Below, piece after piece: positions 1-9,056 of a DNA stretch of 64,000 bases. How positions within the stretch are numbered: the stretch's first letter is position 1; every line of letters begins with the position of its first letter. Origin of the DNA: an uncultured Actinomycetes bacterium (lineage in GTDB: Bacteria; Actinomycetota; Thermoleophilia; Gaiellales; JAICJC01); the NCBI GenBank assembly GCA_963760755.1, contig CAVXEE010000003.1, forward strand, positions 525,634-589,633. Direction: 5' to 3'. A program made the translations under genes and the position numbers. Below the pieces are notes generated by a model that saw only the letters and a program-made list of their open reading frames with translations, did not search any database and was not told the origin of the DNA.

Positions 1-1217
1 GTGTTGGCCGGGTCGAGATCCGCGCGGGCCTGGTCGACGTATGCGAGCTGCACCGACGGGCCGACGCGCAGGGCGCCGCCGTCGGCCTCCTCCTGGCCGG
101 CGATCATGCGAAAGAGCGTCGTCTTGCCGGCCCCGTTCGGGCCGATCACGCCGACGATCCCGCCCGCGGGCAGCGAGAAGTCGAGATCGTCGATCAGCAG
201 GCGGTCGCCGTAGCCCTTGCGCAGCCCGTCGGCCTCGACGACCACGTCGCCGAGCCGCGGCCCGGCCGGGATGTGGATCTCGACGGTGTCGAGCTTCACC
301 GCGGCGTCCTCGGCCAGCAGCTGCTCGTAGGCGGCCACGCGGGCACGGCTCTTGGCGTGCCTGGCCCGCGGTGCCATCCGCACCCACTCGAGCTCGCGCT
401 GCAGCGTGCGCCGGCGAGCGGACTCCTGCTTCTCCTCGACCGCCAGGCGGGCCTGCTTCTGCTCGAGCCACGACGAGTAGTTGCCCTGGAACGGGATGCC
501 GTGGCCCCGGTCGAGCTCGAGGATCCAGCCGGCGACGTTGTCGAGGAAGTAGCGGTCGTGCGTGACGGCGAGGACGGTGCCGGAGTACTCGTCGAGGAAG
601 CGCTCGAGCCACGCCACCGACTCGGCGTCGAGGTGGTTCGTCGGCTCGTCCAGGAGCAGCAGGTCGGGCGACTGCAGCAGCAGGCGGCACAGGGCGACGC
701 GACGCCGCTCACCGCCCGAGAGGTTGGTCACCTCGGCGTCGGCCGGCGGCAGGCGCAGCGCGTCCATGGCCACATCGAGCATGCGGTCGAGGCTCCAGGC
801 GTCGGTGCGGTCGATCCGGTCCTGCACCTCTCCCTGCTCGTCGAGCAGCGTCTGCATCTCGTCGTCGGACATCGGCTCGGCGAAGCGCGCCGAGATCTCG
901 TTGAACCGGTCGAGCAGGGCGCGCTTCTCGGCGACGCCCTCCTCGACGTTGCCGCGCACGTCTTTGGCCGGGTCGAGCGCGGGCTCCTGCGGCAGGTAGC
1001 CGACGGTCGCGCCGGGCGCGAGCCGGGCCTCGCCGTTGGACGGCTCGTCCAGGCCGGCCATGATCCGCAGCAGGGTGGACTTGCCCGCGCCGTTGGGGCC
1101 GAGCACGCCGATCTTCGCGCCGGGCAGGAACGACAGCGAGATGTCGCGCAGCACCTGGCGCTCGGGCCCGAAGAACTTGTTGCACCGGTACATGGAGTAG
1201 ACGTACGTCTGGTTCAT
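1..1217 (-). CDS. ettA: ABC-F family ATPase, EttA-like translational throttle (N-terminal ~405 codons; C-terminus runs off the left edge)
   Basis: Absent from the ORF track because there is no stop inside the window. The reverse complement from ATG at 1217 reads MNQTYVYSMYR. Walker A GVLGPNGAGK (~1120-1090), ABC signature LSGGERRR (~722-699) and the second Walker A GVIGPNGAGKTT (~152-117) all lie in one frame. Confidence 0.85.
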   Translation of the reverse strand, partial: MNQTYVYSMYRCNKFFGPERQVLRDISLSFLPGAKIGVLGPNGAGKSTLLRIMAGLDEPSNGEARLAPGATVGYLPQEPALDPAKDVRGNVEEGVAEKRALLDRFNEISARFAEPMSDDEMQTLLDEQGEVQDRIDRTDAWSLDRMLDVAMDALRLPPADAEVTNLSGGERRRVALCRLLLQSPDLLLLDEPTNHLDAESVAWLERFLDEYSGTVLAVTHDRYFLDNVAGWILELDRGHGIPFQGNYSSWLEQKQARLAVEEKQESARRRTLQRELEWVRMAPRARHAKSRARVAAYEQLLAEDAAVKLDTVEIHIPAGPRLGDVVVEADGLRKGYGDRLLIDDLDFSLPAGGIVGVIGPNGAGKTTLFRMIAGQEEADGGALRVGPSVQLAYVDQARADLDPAN

Positions 1218-1266
1218 GCCGGGCAGGATAGGCGCAGGATGAACATCCGGCGTTTGGCACCGGTAT

Positions 1267-1662
1267 TCAGCGCTTGCGGGAGCCCCAGGCGAGGCCGAGC
1301 AGGGCCGCGGCGCTGAAGCCGATCGCGCCGGACAGGACGCCGACCGCGAGGCCGCCGCCGAGGTAGTGGACGCCGACCAGGCCGGGCCCTGCGATCAGGA
1401 AGAGCGGCGTCAGGACGATGATGCGGTCGCGCAGGTAGATGCGCGGGCCCGCCGCCCACGACCAGATGCAGACGACTCCGACGATCATGGCCGTGACGAC
1501 GACGACCCGGCCCGCCGTCAGCTCTGAGATGACGCCGACGCGCGCGGCGATGACGAGCGCGAGCGCCCACATCGCCAGCAGTGCACCGGCGCCGGCCACG
1601 ATCACGTCGCGCCTGACCAACCGCCGGAGCTGGTCGGGGGGCAGCGTCATCGTGGACGCCAC
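1267..1662 (-). CDS. small integral membrane protein, unknown function
   Basis: Track ORF of 131 aa with 3-4 hydrophobic helices (AGAGALLAMWALALVIAA, VVVVTAMIVGVVCIWSW, LTPLFLIAGPGLVGV, GVLSGAIGFSAAALLGLAW). No family recognised. Confidence 0.5.
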   Translation of the reverse strand: MASTMTLPPDQLRRLVRRDVIVAGAGALLAMWALALVIAARVGVISELTAGRVVVVTAMIVGVVCIWSWAAGPRIYLRDRIIVLTPLFLIAGPGLVGVHYLGGGLAVGVLSGAIGFSAAALLGLAWGSRKR

Positions 1663-1678
1663 CCCCCGGACAGCGTGA

Positions 1679-3229
1679 TCAATCGCCCTCGGCCGCGACC
1701 GTCATGTCGGCGCGGTGCTCGGCGAGCACCGTCCCGTGGTACTGCTGGCGGCCGTAATACAGCGCCAGCCCAACGATCGCCACGGTGGCGACACCGATGA
1801 TCGGCCCGTACTGCTGGTACCACTTGGTGCCGTAGAAGTAGTCGCGCGGCCAGGCGAGGTTGACCGCCATCGCTGCCCCGTAGGCGATCGCGATGACGTT
1901 GGTAACGACGCCCCAGCGGCCGAGCTTGAACAACCCGGCTCCATCGTTCAAGGTGCCGGGCCACCCCTTGAGGCGCTGCTGCAGGAGCGGGATCGTCACC
2001 CCGAGGTACGCGAGGTACATGAAGATGATGCCGAGGGCGACGATGACCTCGAACGCGTACTGGTTGTAGATGTTGAACGCCAGGACGACCATCGCGATCA
2101 CCCCCACCAGCACGGCCGGGAACACCGGCACGCGGCGCACGCCGGACACGTGCGCCAGCCGCGCGCCGCCGGGCAGGTTGTCGTCGCGGCCCATCGCGAA
2201 CAGGATCCGCACCGACATGGCATGGATCGCAAGACAGCAGACGAAGATCGCCACGGCCACGTCGGCCAGGAAGATCTTGCCCCAGGTGGATCCGAGCACG
2301 TCCGTCGTAATGACCGTCAGGCCGAGCGATGTGGGCGTCTTGAACAGGGCGCTGCTGACGGCCATGGTGCCGAACAGGATGAGCAGGAAGCCCATCGTGC
2401 CGGCGGTTGCCAGGGCCTGCAGAACCGCCCTGGGCGCCGTGCGGCGGGGGTCGTCGGTCTCCTCGGCCAGCGACCCGGCGCTGTCGAACCCGTACATCAC
2501 GTACAGCGGCATGATCGCGCCGACCAGCAGTGCTCCCAGGTAGCCCCAGGCGTGGTGGACGGGGACGTTGGCGGTGTTGGCGGTCGTCGTCAGCACCGTC
2601 ACCGGGCTGCGGGTGGTGTGAATGAGGAACAGGATGATCAGGCCCGACGCGCCCACGAGCTCGGCGATGACGCCGATGTTGTTGATGCGGGCGAGCAGGC
2701 GCACGCCCGTGGCGTTGATGAGCGTCGTGAAGAACACCATCACCATTGCGAGGATGATCGCGTTCTCGGCGAAGTCCTTGCTGTACAGGTTGAGCGAGTT
2801 GGCCGGCGACCCGACGATCTGGAACTTGGTCGAGATCTGGGGCAGGATCACCTGCCAGGCCAGCGCCACCGCCGGCACCGTGATGATCTGGGCACACAGG
2901 TACATCCAGCCGGTGTTCCACGACCAGGCCTTGGAGGCCAGGTTCTTCGACCACTGATACACGGACCCCGCGAGCGGGTAGTGCGCCGAGAGCTCGGCGA
3001 ACTGGAGCGCGACCATGAACTGGCCGAACATGACGAAGATCCAGGCCCACACGAATGCGGGGCCGGCGAAGAAGAATCCCAGCGCCGACGTCTGGAACAT
3101 GCCGGTCAGGATCGAGATGTAGCTGTAGCCGGCGGCGAACGACGAGAAGCTGCCGAGCGTGCGGTGCAGCTCCTGGCGATACCCGAACTGGGCCAGCTGG
3201 GCGCTGTCCGACTGCGTGCCTTCTTGCAT
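1679..3229 (-). CDS. APC-superfamily amino acid/polyamine permease
   Basis: Track ORF of 516 aa with about 12 hydrophobic segments. N-terminal GSFSSFAAGYSYISILTG and AELSAHYPLAGSVYQW are typical of amino-acid permeases. Confidence 0.85.
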   Translation of the reverse strand: MQEGTQSDSAQLAQFGYRQELHRTLGSFSSFAAGYSYISILTGMFQTSALGFFFAGPAFVWAWIFVMFGQFMVALQFAELSAHYPLAGSVYQWSKNLASKAWSWNTGWMYLCAQIITVPAVALAWQVILPQISTKFQIVGSPANSLNLYSKDFAENAIILAMVMVFFTTLINATGVRLLARINNIGVIAELVGASGLIILFLIHTTRSPVTVLTTTANTANVPVHHAWGYLGALLVGAIMPLYVMYGFDSAGSLAEETDDPRRTAPRAVLQALATAGTMGFLLILFGTMAVSSALFKTPTSLGLTVITTDVLGSTWGKIFLADVAVAIFVCCLAIHAMSVRILFAMGRDDNLPGGARLAHVSGVRRVPVFPAVLVGVIAMVVLAFNIYNQYAFEVIVALGIIFMYLAYLGVTIPLLQQRLKGWPGTLNDGAGLFKLGRWGVVTNVIAIAYGAAMAVNLAWPRDYFYGTKWYQQYGPIIGVATVAIVGLALYYGRQQYHGTVLAEHRADMTVAAEGD

Positions 3230-3259
3230 GCCCCTCCCCTCCTCTACGGAGACAGGTTG

Positions 3260-3271
3260 TGGTCTAGACCA
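3260..3271. promoter_or_regulatory. 12-bp perfect palindrome TGGTCTAGACCA, GntR/HutC-type operator candidate
   Basis: Lies in the 120-bp gap upstream of permease 1679..3229. The core GTcTAgAC fits the HutC-subfamily motif GT-M-TA-K-AC as I recall it. Confidence 0.45.
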
Positions 3272-3278
3272 GGGAAAT

Positions 3279-3301
3279 CTTCCCCGACTTGCGCGGGGAA
3301 G
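3279..3301 (-). terminator. hairpin (8-bp stem CTTCCCCG / CGGGGAAG, 7-nt loop) downstream of permease 3350..4993
   Basis: Read directly from the sequence. Followed on the minus strand by ATTT. The stem is weak. Confidence 0.35.
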
Positions 3302-3349
3302 TCAATACGCTCGGCACCGCTTGCGCCGACTCCGGCCTGCCAGCGTGGG

Positions 3350-4993
3350 CTACTCAACCGGGATCTCCGAGTTGATCATGGCGAGGTCGATGCCCTCGCG
3401 CCTGCGGACGATGCGCGAGCCGACGTAGATCGCGAGCGCGACCGCGTACAGCACGAGCATGTAGATGAGCGAGTTCTTGTGGTTGATGCCGTACGCGTCG
3501 GTCGAGAACCACTTGTACCCGCAGAACGCCAGGAACGCCGCGAAGATGACGCCGGTGAGGGTCACAAGCGGGATCCCCGCGAGCTCGTACTTGGCGATCG
3601 GCGACGCCTTGTAGATGTCGCGCCGGCGCCACGGCAGCACGATGGCGGAGAGCGTCGTGACGAAGTAGGTGATCGCGATCACGACCGTCGCGTCGAGCGT
3701 GTAGCCGTAGAAGTTGGTGTTGTACGCGTACAGGTAGCTGATGGGGATCGAGGGCACGAGCATGAGCAGGAGCGCCGCCACCGGCACGTGGGTGCGGTCG
3801 TCGACCTTGGCCGCCCACTCGGGGAGGATGCGGTCGAACGCAGCCGCGAAGATCACCCGCGTCGAGCTCAGGAACACGCTCCCCGCCCAGCCGAAGAACC
3901 ACAGCGACAGCAGCGTGAGCAGGATCAGCTGAAGGATCTCGTTGTGGAGGAACATCGCCGCGAGCATGCCCGGGTACGGGAACCAGTAGGTCGGTGCCTT
4001 GGTCACCGCCGCCCAGTACTCGCCGCTGAGGACGCCGTAGAAGCGGTAGCCCATGGCGTGCGCCATCGCCGCGAACGTGATGATGACGGTGACGGTGGTG
4101 AAGAGCAGCGCACCGCCCATGGCGTAGATGTTCTTGCGGAAGTCGGACGCGCCGCGCACCTCGCCGTACAGGGTGGCGCCCCAGTTCGGCCACAGGTTGA
4201 AGAACAGCATGAACGGGACGAGCAGGAGCGTCGCCCGCAGCGGGGCCGAGCCGAAGCTCTTGTAGCTCACCCCCGCCGATGCCGCCGCGGCCTTGGTCTT
4301 CGCAAAGGCGTTGGGGTCGTGCGAGCCGTAGATGTCGGTCTGGCGGTTGAACGCCGCGGCGAAGTCGCCCTTGGAGTGGAACAGGAACAGGCCGAGCATG
4401 ATCACGAGCCCCGCCATCGCCCCGTAGAAGCACATCTTCTGGAACCGGGCGTAGTTGCGCATGCCTATCGAGACCACGACCGTCGCGATCGCGGCGGTCG
4501 CAAGCGACGCCACGAAGATGCCGGTGCCGTGGATCGGGTTCCACCAGGCCGCGTGGAACGTGCTCGCGCCGTTGTAGCCCAGCACGTTCAGTACCGGCTG
4601 GATGAACTCGAGGATGAGGATGTTGGCGTAGATGGGGACCCAGTGCCAGAGGATGAACCACCAGCCGGTGGCGGCGAACACGAAGCCGACGCCGCCGCCG
4701 AACACGCGGCTCTGCCACACGTAGTCGCCGCCGGCTCTGGGCATGACCGCGATCAGCGACGCGTAGGTGATGACCTCGAAGACGATGAACAGGCCGGAGA
4801 GGATGATGGCGGCGATCAGGCCACCCTCCGGGAAGACCGCGATGCCCGTGAAGGCGTACCCGAAGCCGAGCGCCATCAGGTTGATGGCGAAGGCCGAGTA
4901 GATGAAGGCGTCGAACACCGACCACCCCTTCACCAGTCCGGTGGCCTTGCGCACGAACATCGTGCGCTCGGCGGGCATGTCTGCTGCAGCCAT
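3350..4993 (-). CDS. APC-superfamily permease (second, divergent paralogue)
   Basis: Track ORF is 3350..5407, but its first 138 codons are Arg/Pro-rich read-through. ATG at 4993 opens MAAADMPAERTMFVRKATGLVKGWSVFDAF, followed by multiple TM helices. Confidence 0.8.
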   Translation of the reverse strand: MAAADMPAERTMFVRKATGLVKGWSVFDAFIYSAFAINLMALGFGYAFTGIAVFPEGGLIAAIILSGLFIVFEVITYASLIAVMPRAGGDYVWQSRVFGGGVGFVFAATGWWFILWHWVPIYANILILEFIQPVLNVLGYNGASTFHAAWWNPIHGTGIFVASLATAAIATVVVSIGMRNYARFQKMCFYGAMAGLVIMLGLFLFHSKGDFAAAFNRQTDIYGSHDPNAFAKTKAAAASAGVSYKSFGSAPLRATLLLVPFMLFFNLWPNWGATLYGEVRGASDFRKNIYAMGGALLFTTVTVIITFAAMAHAMGYRFYGVLSGEYWAAVTKAPTYWFPYPGMLAAMFLHNEILQLILLTLLSLWFFGWAGSVFLSSTRVIFAAAFDRILPEWAAKVDDRTHVPVAALLLMLVPSIPISYLYAYNTNFYGYTLDATVVIAITYFVTTLSAIVLPWRRRDIYKASPIAKYELAGIPLVTLTGVIFAAFLAFCGYKWFSTDAYGINHKNSLIYMLVLYAVALAIYVGSRIVRRREGIDLAMINSEIPVE

Positions 4994-5004
4994 CACGTCT
5001 CCTT

Positions 5005-5943
5005 TCAGCCGCTCGTGAGCACGAAGTTCTTCACCTTCTTGCCGTTCAGCTCGATCAGCGCGCCCATGAGGTCGCCCTGCTCGTATGCGCTGCCCGGGTT
5101 GATGCACAGGGTGCTGCCGATGCGCGTGTGCCCGCGCGCCTCGTGGATGTGCCCGTGCAGCGAGAGCACGGGGTGCGTCTCCTCGATCGCAGTGCGCACG
5201 GCCGTGGAGCCGACGGGCTCGGGCGCGTGGCCGCCGTGCTTGGGCTTCAGGTTCTCGTCGAGGCCGGGGGCGTCGTCGAGGCCGGAGCCGTACGGCGGGC
5301 AGTGCAGGTTCAGGATGGTGCGCTCGGGCGGCGCGGTCAGCTGCGACGTGACCGCCCGGATGCGGGCGAGGAGCACGTCCTCGGGCTCCTCGCGGTAGGT
5401 GTGCCACGGGGTCGGGTTGGCCCAGCCGGTCGACGCCATCTGGAAGTCGCCGATGTCGACCACCCGCCCCTCGGCCAACTCGACGCGCGTCGCATCCGCG
5501 AGGATCTGGTCCACCTCGAACTGGTCGTCGTTGCCGGGGCAGACGAACATGCGCTGCGGCTGGCCGGCCAGCTTCTCGGCGGCCATCTGCATCCAGCGCT
5601 CGACCGTGCCCAGCATGTGGCTGTGGAACAGGTCGTCCAGCCGCTCCGAGTCGGCCTCGAGCTCGGCCAGCTCGTCGGGCGTCGTGCGGAACGGGTAGTA
5701 GCCGCGCCGGATCACGTCCTGCTCGAAGGCGACGACCTGATCGTCGCCCTGTAGGTCGCGGCGCTGCTCCTGCAGCGTGCCGTGCCAGCGCTCGCCGCCG
5801 TCATGGATGACCGGGACGAGCGCCTTCCCGGTCATGTCGCCGCCGAGGATCATCACGTCGGCCTTGTAGTGCGTGCCGGAGTTCAGGAACTTGCGCCAGC
5901 ACGTCTCCGACCCATGGATGTCCGTGGCAAAGAACACACGCAC
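5005..5943 (-). CDS. calcineurin-like metallophosphoesterase
   Basis: Motifs ATDIHG, ILGGDMTGK, CPGNDD, LHCPP and LHGHIHE. Start set at GTG 5943 (VRVFFATDIHG) because codons 5944-6000 have poor third-position GC. ATG 6000 is the alternative start. Confidence 0.8.
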   Translation of the reverse strand: MRVFFATDIHGSETCWRKFLNSGTHYKADVMILGGDMTGKALVPVIHDGGERWHGTLQEQRRDLQGDDQVVAFEQDVIRRGYYPFRTTPDELAELEADSERLDDLFHSHMLGTVERWMQMAAEKLAGQPQRMFVCPGNDDQFEVDQILADATRVELAEGRVVDIGDFQMASTGWANPTPWHTYREEPEDVLLARIRAVTSQLTAPPERTILNLHCPPYGSGLDDAPGLDENLKPKHGGHAPEPVGSTAVRTAIEETHPVLSLHGHIHEARGHTRIGSTLCINPGSAYEQGDLMGALIELNGKKVKNFVLTSG

Positions 5944-6015
5944 GTCTCGGGATTCTGCCCGCCGCGCAGGACGGAAGTCAAGACGGCCCGAACCACCCAT
6001 CCCGCTGGAGTCGGT

Positions 6016-6049
6016 AGGTGCCTGGCACCGCATGCGGTGCCAGGCACCT
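6016..6049. promoter_or_regulatory. 34-bp perfect palindrome AGGTGCCTGGCACCGCA|TGCGGTGCCAGGCACCT between divergent genes
   Basis: Base-by-base check shows 17 + 17 nt with no mismatch and no spacer. It lies between the phosphoesterase start (5943/6000, minus) and the TMADH-like start (6086, plus). Confidence 0.6.
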
Positions 6050-6085
6050 GCAGGGGCCGCAGACGGGCGCGTATAGTCGCGCGTC

Positions 6086-8170
6086 ATGCCACCCGACGGT
6101 CGCTACGACATTCTGTTCGAGCCGGTCCAGATCGGCCCGAAGACGCTGCGCAACCGCTTCTACCAGGTGCCGCACTGCACGGGATTCGGCGTCGAGAAGC
6201 CGTGGTCGCAGGCGGCCCACCGCGCGGTCAAGGCCGAGGGCGGCTGGGCGGCCGTGTGCACCGAGTACTGCACCGTGTCGGCCGACGCCGACGAGACGCC
6301 CTACATCTCGGCGCGGATGTGGGACGACCACGACCTGCGCCACCTGGCGCTCACCTGCGAGGCGGCCCACGCCCACGGCGCGCTCGCCGGGATCGAGCTC
6401 TCGCACTCGGGCGCCCACGGCGAGAACGGCGAGACGCGCCTGCCGCCGCCGGCCCCCTCGCAGATCCCGAGCGACTTCTCCGGGATCACCCCGAAGGCGA
6501 TGGAGCAGGTCGACATCGACCGCATCATCTCGGACTGGGTCACCGCCGCCGTGCGCTCGCGCGACGCCGGCTTCGACATCGTCTACGTCTACGGCGGCCA
6601 CTCCTACCTGCTCGGGCAGATGCTCTCGCCCTTCTACAACCAGCGCACCGACGCCTACGGCGGCTCGCTCGCAAACCGCGCGCGGATGTGGATCGAGACG
6701 CTCGCGGCCGTGCGCGAGGCGGTCGGCTCGGACTGCGCGATCGCCTGCCGCATGGCCGTCTCGGACGGCGGCGGTGCGAGCGTGTCCGTCGAGGAGGGGC
6801 TCGAGTTCGTGCGCATGGCCGACGGCCTGGTCGACCTTTGGGACGTGCACCTGGGATCGATCCTGGAATGGTCGCTCGACTCCGGTGCGTCGCGCTTCTT
6901 CGCGGAGGGCTGGCAGCTCGAGTGGACCGGGCGCATGCGCGAGGCGACGCAGAAGCCGATCGTCGGCGTCGGCCGGCTGACGACGCCTGACCGGATGGTC
7001 GAGATCATCGAGTCGGGCGTGTGGGATCTGATCGGCGCCGCGCGCCCGAACATCGCCGACCCGTTCATCCCCGAGAAGATCCGCACCGGCCGCATCGACG
7101 ACATCCGCGCGTGCATCGGCTGCAACATGTGCATCTCCAAGGGCGACGTGCGCCGCCACATCGGCTGCACCCAGAACGCGACCGCAGGCGAGGAACACCG
7201 CCGCGGCTGGCATCCCGAGCGGTTCGACCGCGCCCGCAACGCCGACCGTGAGGTGCTGGTGGTGGGCGCAGGGCCCGCCGGGATGGAGTGCGCCCTCGTG
7301 CTCGGCCGCCGCGGCATGCGCCGCGTGCGCCTGGTCGACGCTGCCGCCGAGCCGGGCGGGATCACCCGCTGGGTGCCGCGCCTGCCCGGCCTTGCCGAGT
7401 GGGATCGGCTGCGCACGTGGCGGCTGAGCCAGCTCTCCCAGCTCCGAAACGTTGAGATCGAGACCGGCGTGCGCCTCGACGCGGCCGGTGTGCGGGCCGC
7501 CGGCGCCGACCTGGTCGTGGTCGCGACCGGCGCCGCCTGGGCGGGCGACGGCCGAAACGGCATCACCCGCGGGCCGATCCCCGGGGCCGACGCCTCGCTG
7601 GGCCACGTGCTCACCCCGGAGCAGATCATGCTCGCGGGCAAGCGGCCACCCGGCTCGCGGGTGGTCGTGCTCGACTGCGACGGCTACTTCATGGGCGCGG
7701 GCATGGCCGAGCTCCTGCGCGCCGACGGCCACGAGGTCGAGCTCGTGACGTCATGCGAGAAGGTCGCGCCGCGGTGCGACGAGACGCTCGAGGGCCCGCT
7801 CCTGCGCCGCCGCCTGCACGACCTCGGCATCGGCATGCGCGCCGAGACGTGGCTCACACGGATCGAGCCGGGCGGAGTGGCCTGCGAGACCGAGCTCGGC
7901 GACACGTTCGAGCTCGAGGCCGATGCCGTCGTGCTCGTCACCCAGCGCCTCTCGCAGGAGGCGCTCTACCTCGAGCTTGCGGCCGACCCGGGCGCGGCCG
8001 TGGAGCGCGTGCTGCGGATCGGCGACTGCGTCGCGCCGCGGCTGATCGCCGACGCGATCTTCGACGGCCACCGGCTGGGGCGCGAGATCGACTCGCCCGA
8101 CCCCGCGCTGCCGCTGCCGCACCTGCGCGAGCGTCCATCCTTGGAAGCCGACCCGCTCGCGGTGCGATAG
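6086..8170 (+). CDS. trimethylamine/dimethylamine/histamine dehydrogenase-family FMN + [4Fe-4S] + ADP-binding flavoprotein
   Basis: 694 aa. DILFEPVQIGPKTLRNRFYQVPHCTGFG, DAGFDIVYVYGGHSYL, NRARMWIETL, IGAARPNIADPF, CIGCNMCISKGDVRRHIGC (4Fe-4S) and VLVVGAGPAGME match the Methylophilus TMADH sequence as I recall it. This includes the Cys of VPHC that carries 6-S-cysteinyl FMN. Confidence 0.85.
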   Translation: MPPDGRYDILFEPVQIGPKTLRNRFYQVPHCTGFGVEKPWSQAAHRAVKAEGGWAAVCTEYCTVSADADETPYISARMWDDHDLRHLALTCEAAHAHGALAGIELSHSGAHGENGETRLPPPAPSQIPSDFSGITPKAMEQVDIDRIISDWVTAAVRSRDAGFDIVYVYGGHSYLLGQMLSPFYNQRTDAYGGSLANRARMWIETLAAVREAVGSDCAIACRMAVSDGGGASVSVEEGLEFVRMADGLVDLWDVHLGSILEWSLDSGASRFFAEGWQLEWTGRMREATQKPIVGVGRLTTPDRMVEIIESGVWDLIGAARPNIADPFIPEKIRTGRIDDIRACIGCNMCISKGDVRRHIGCTQNATAGEEHRRGWHPERFDRARNADREVLVVGAGPAGMECALVLGRRGMRRVRLVDAAAEPGGITRWVPRLPGLAEWDRLRTWRLSQLSQLRNVEIETGVRLDAAGVRAAGADLVVVATGAAWAGDGRNGITRGPIPGADASLGHVLTPEQIMLAGKRPPGSRVVVLDCDGYFMGAGMAELLRADGHEVELVTSCEKVAPRCDETLEGPLLRRRLHDLGIGMRAETWLTRIEPGGVACETELGDTFELEADAVVLVTQRLSQEALYLELAADPGAAVERVLRIGDCVAPRLIADAIFDGHRLGREIDSPDPALPLPHLRERPSLEADPLAVR

Positions 8171-8179
8171 TTCGGCGCG

Positions 8180-8977
8180 GTGACCCCCGAAGAGCACCCC
8201 GCGCTCACCTACTCCTCGTACCTGCACATCGACGAGCTGCTCGCGTGCCAGGAGCCGCTCTCGGACGGGCCGGAGCACGACGAGCTGCTCTTCATCGTCA
8301 TCCACCAGGTGTACGAGCTGTGGTTCAAGGTGCTGCTGCACGAGCTCGCGCGGCTGCAGGACCGGCTCGAGATCGGCGACCGCGGCTCGGCGCTGCAGAC
8401 GATGAAGCGGATCCTGACGATCCTGAAGACCGTCGTCGCCCAGATCGACGTGCTCGAGACGATGACGCCGCTCGGGTTCTCGAGCTTCCGCGGCCGCCTG
8501 GAGCGAGCGAGCGGCTTCCAGTCGGCCCAGTTCCGTGAGCTCGAGGCCGTGCTCGGCGCCCGCGACGCGCGCGTGCTCACGCACCATCCGCCCGGGCCGG
8601 CCCGCGACCGGATCGAGGCGGCGATGTCGCGCCGCAGCCTGTGGGACTCGTTCCTGCTGCACCTCGACCGGCTCGGCCACTGGATCCCGGCCGAGGTGCT
8701 CGAGCGCGACCCCTCCCAGCCGATCGCGGCATCGGAGAAGGTGCAGGACGTCCTGGTCGAGGTGTACCAGTCAGACCCGGCGAGCGCCCAGGTGAGCGAG
8801 CGCATGGTCGACATCGACGAGGGCGTCCAGGAGTGGCGCTACCGGCACGTGAAGATGGTGGAGCGCACGATCGGCCAGAAGCCGGGCACCGGCGGCTCGT
8901 CCGGGGTCGGCTACCTGGCGACGACGATCGGCCGGCAGTCGTTCCCCGACCTGTGGGCGATCCGGTCGCGGCTCTAG
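8180..8977 (+). CDS. kynA: tryptophan 2,3-dioxygenase
   Basis: 265 aa with a GTG start. YSSYLHIDELL, HDELLFIVIHQVYELWFK, SGFQSAQFRELE, WRYRHVKMVERTIG-KPGTGGSSG are hallmark bacterial TDO motifs. Confidence 0.85.
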   Translation: MTPEEHPALTYSSYLHIDELLACQEPLSDGPEHDELLFIVIHQVYELWFKVLLHELARLQDRLEIGDRGSALQTMKRILTILKTVVAQIDVLETMTPLGFSSFRGRLERASGFQSAQFRELEAVLGARDARVLTHHPPGPARDRIEAAMSRRSLWDSFLLHLDRLGHWIPAEVLERDPSQPIAASEKVQDVLVEVYQSDPASAQVSERMVDIDEGVQEWRYRHVKMVERTIGQKPGTGGSSGVGYLATTIGRQSFPDLWAIRSRL

Positions 8978-9056
8978 CGGCCGCGGCCGCCGAGCGCGCC
9001 CGGCGCTTGGGCTGACGCTGGGCGAGCCCTACCCGCAGGGCGCGGCCGGATACGCG

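Noticed and set aside
1715-5398. 1227-aa plus-strand ORF in the track
   Set aside because: It is antisense to two clearly recognisable permease genes. The sequence is Arg/Asp/His/Gly-rich with no motifs, a typical shadow ORF of high-GC DNA.
6016-6049. The 34-bp palindrome as a sigma54 promoter (contains TGGCAC-N5-..GC) or as a terminator
   Set aside because: The GG-to-GC spacing is one base off the -24/-12 consensus as I recall it. The match is a by-product of the dyad, and sigma54 is generally absent from actinobacteria. The site lies between two divergent gene starts, so termination makes no sense there.
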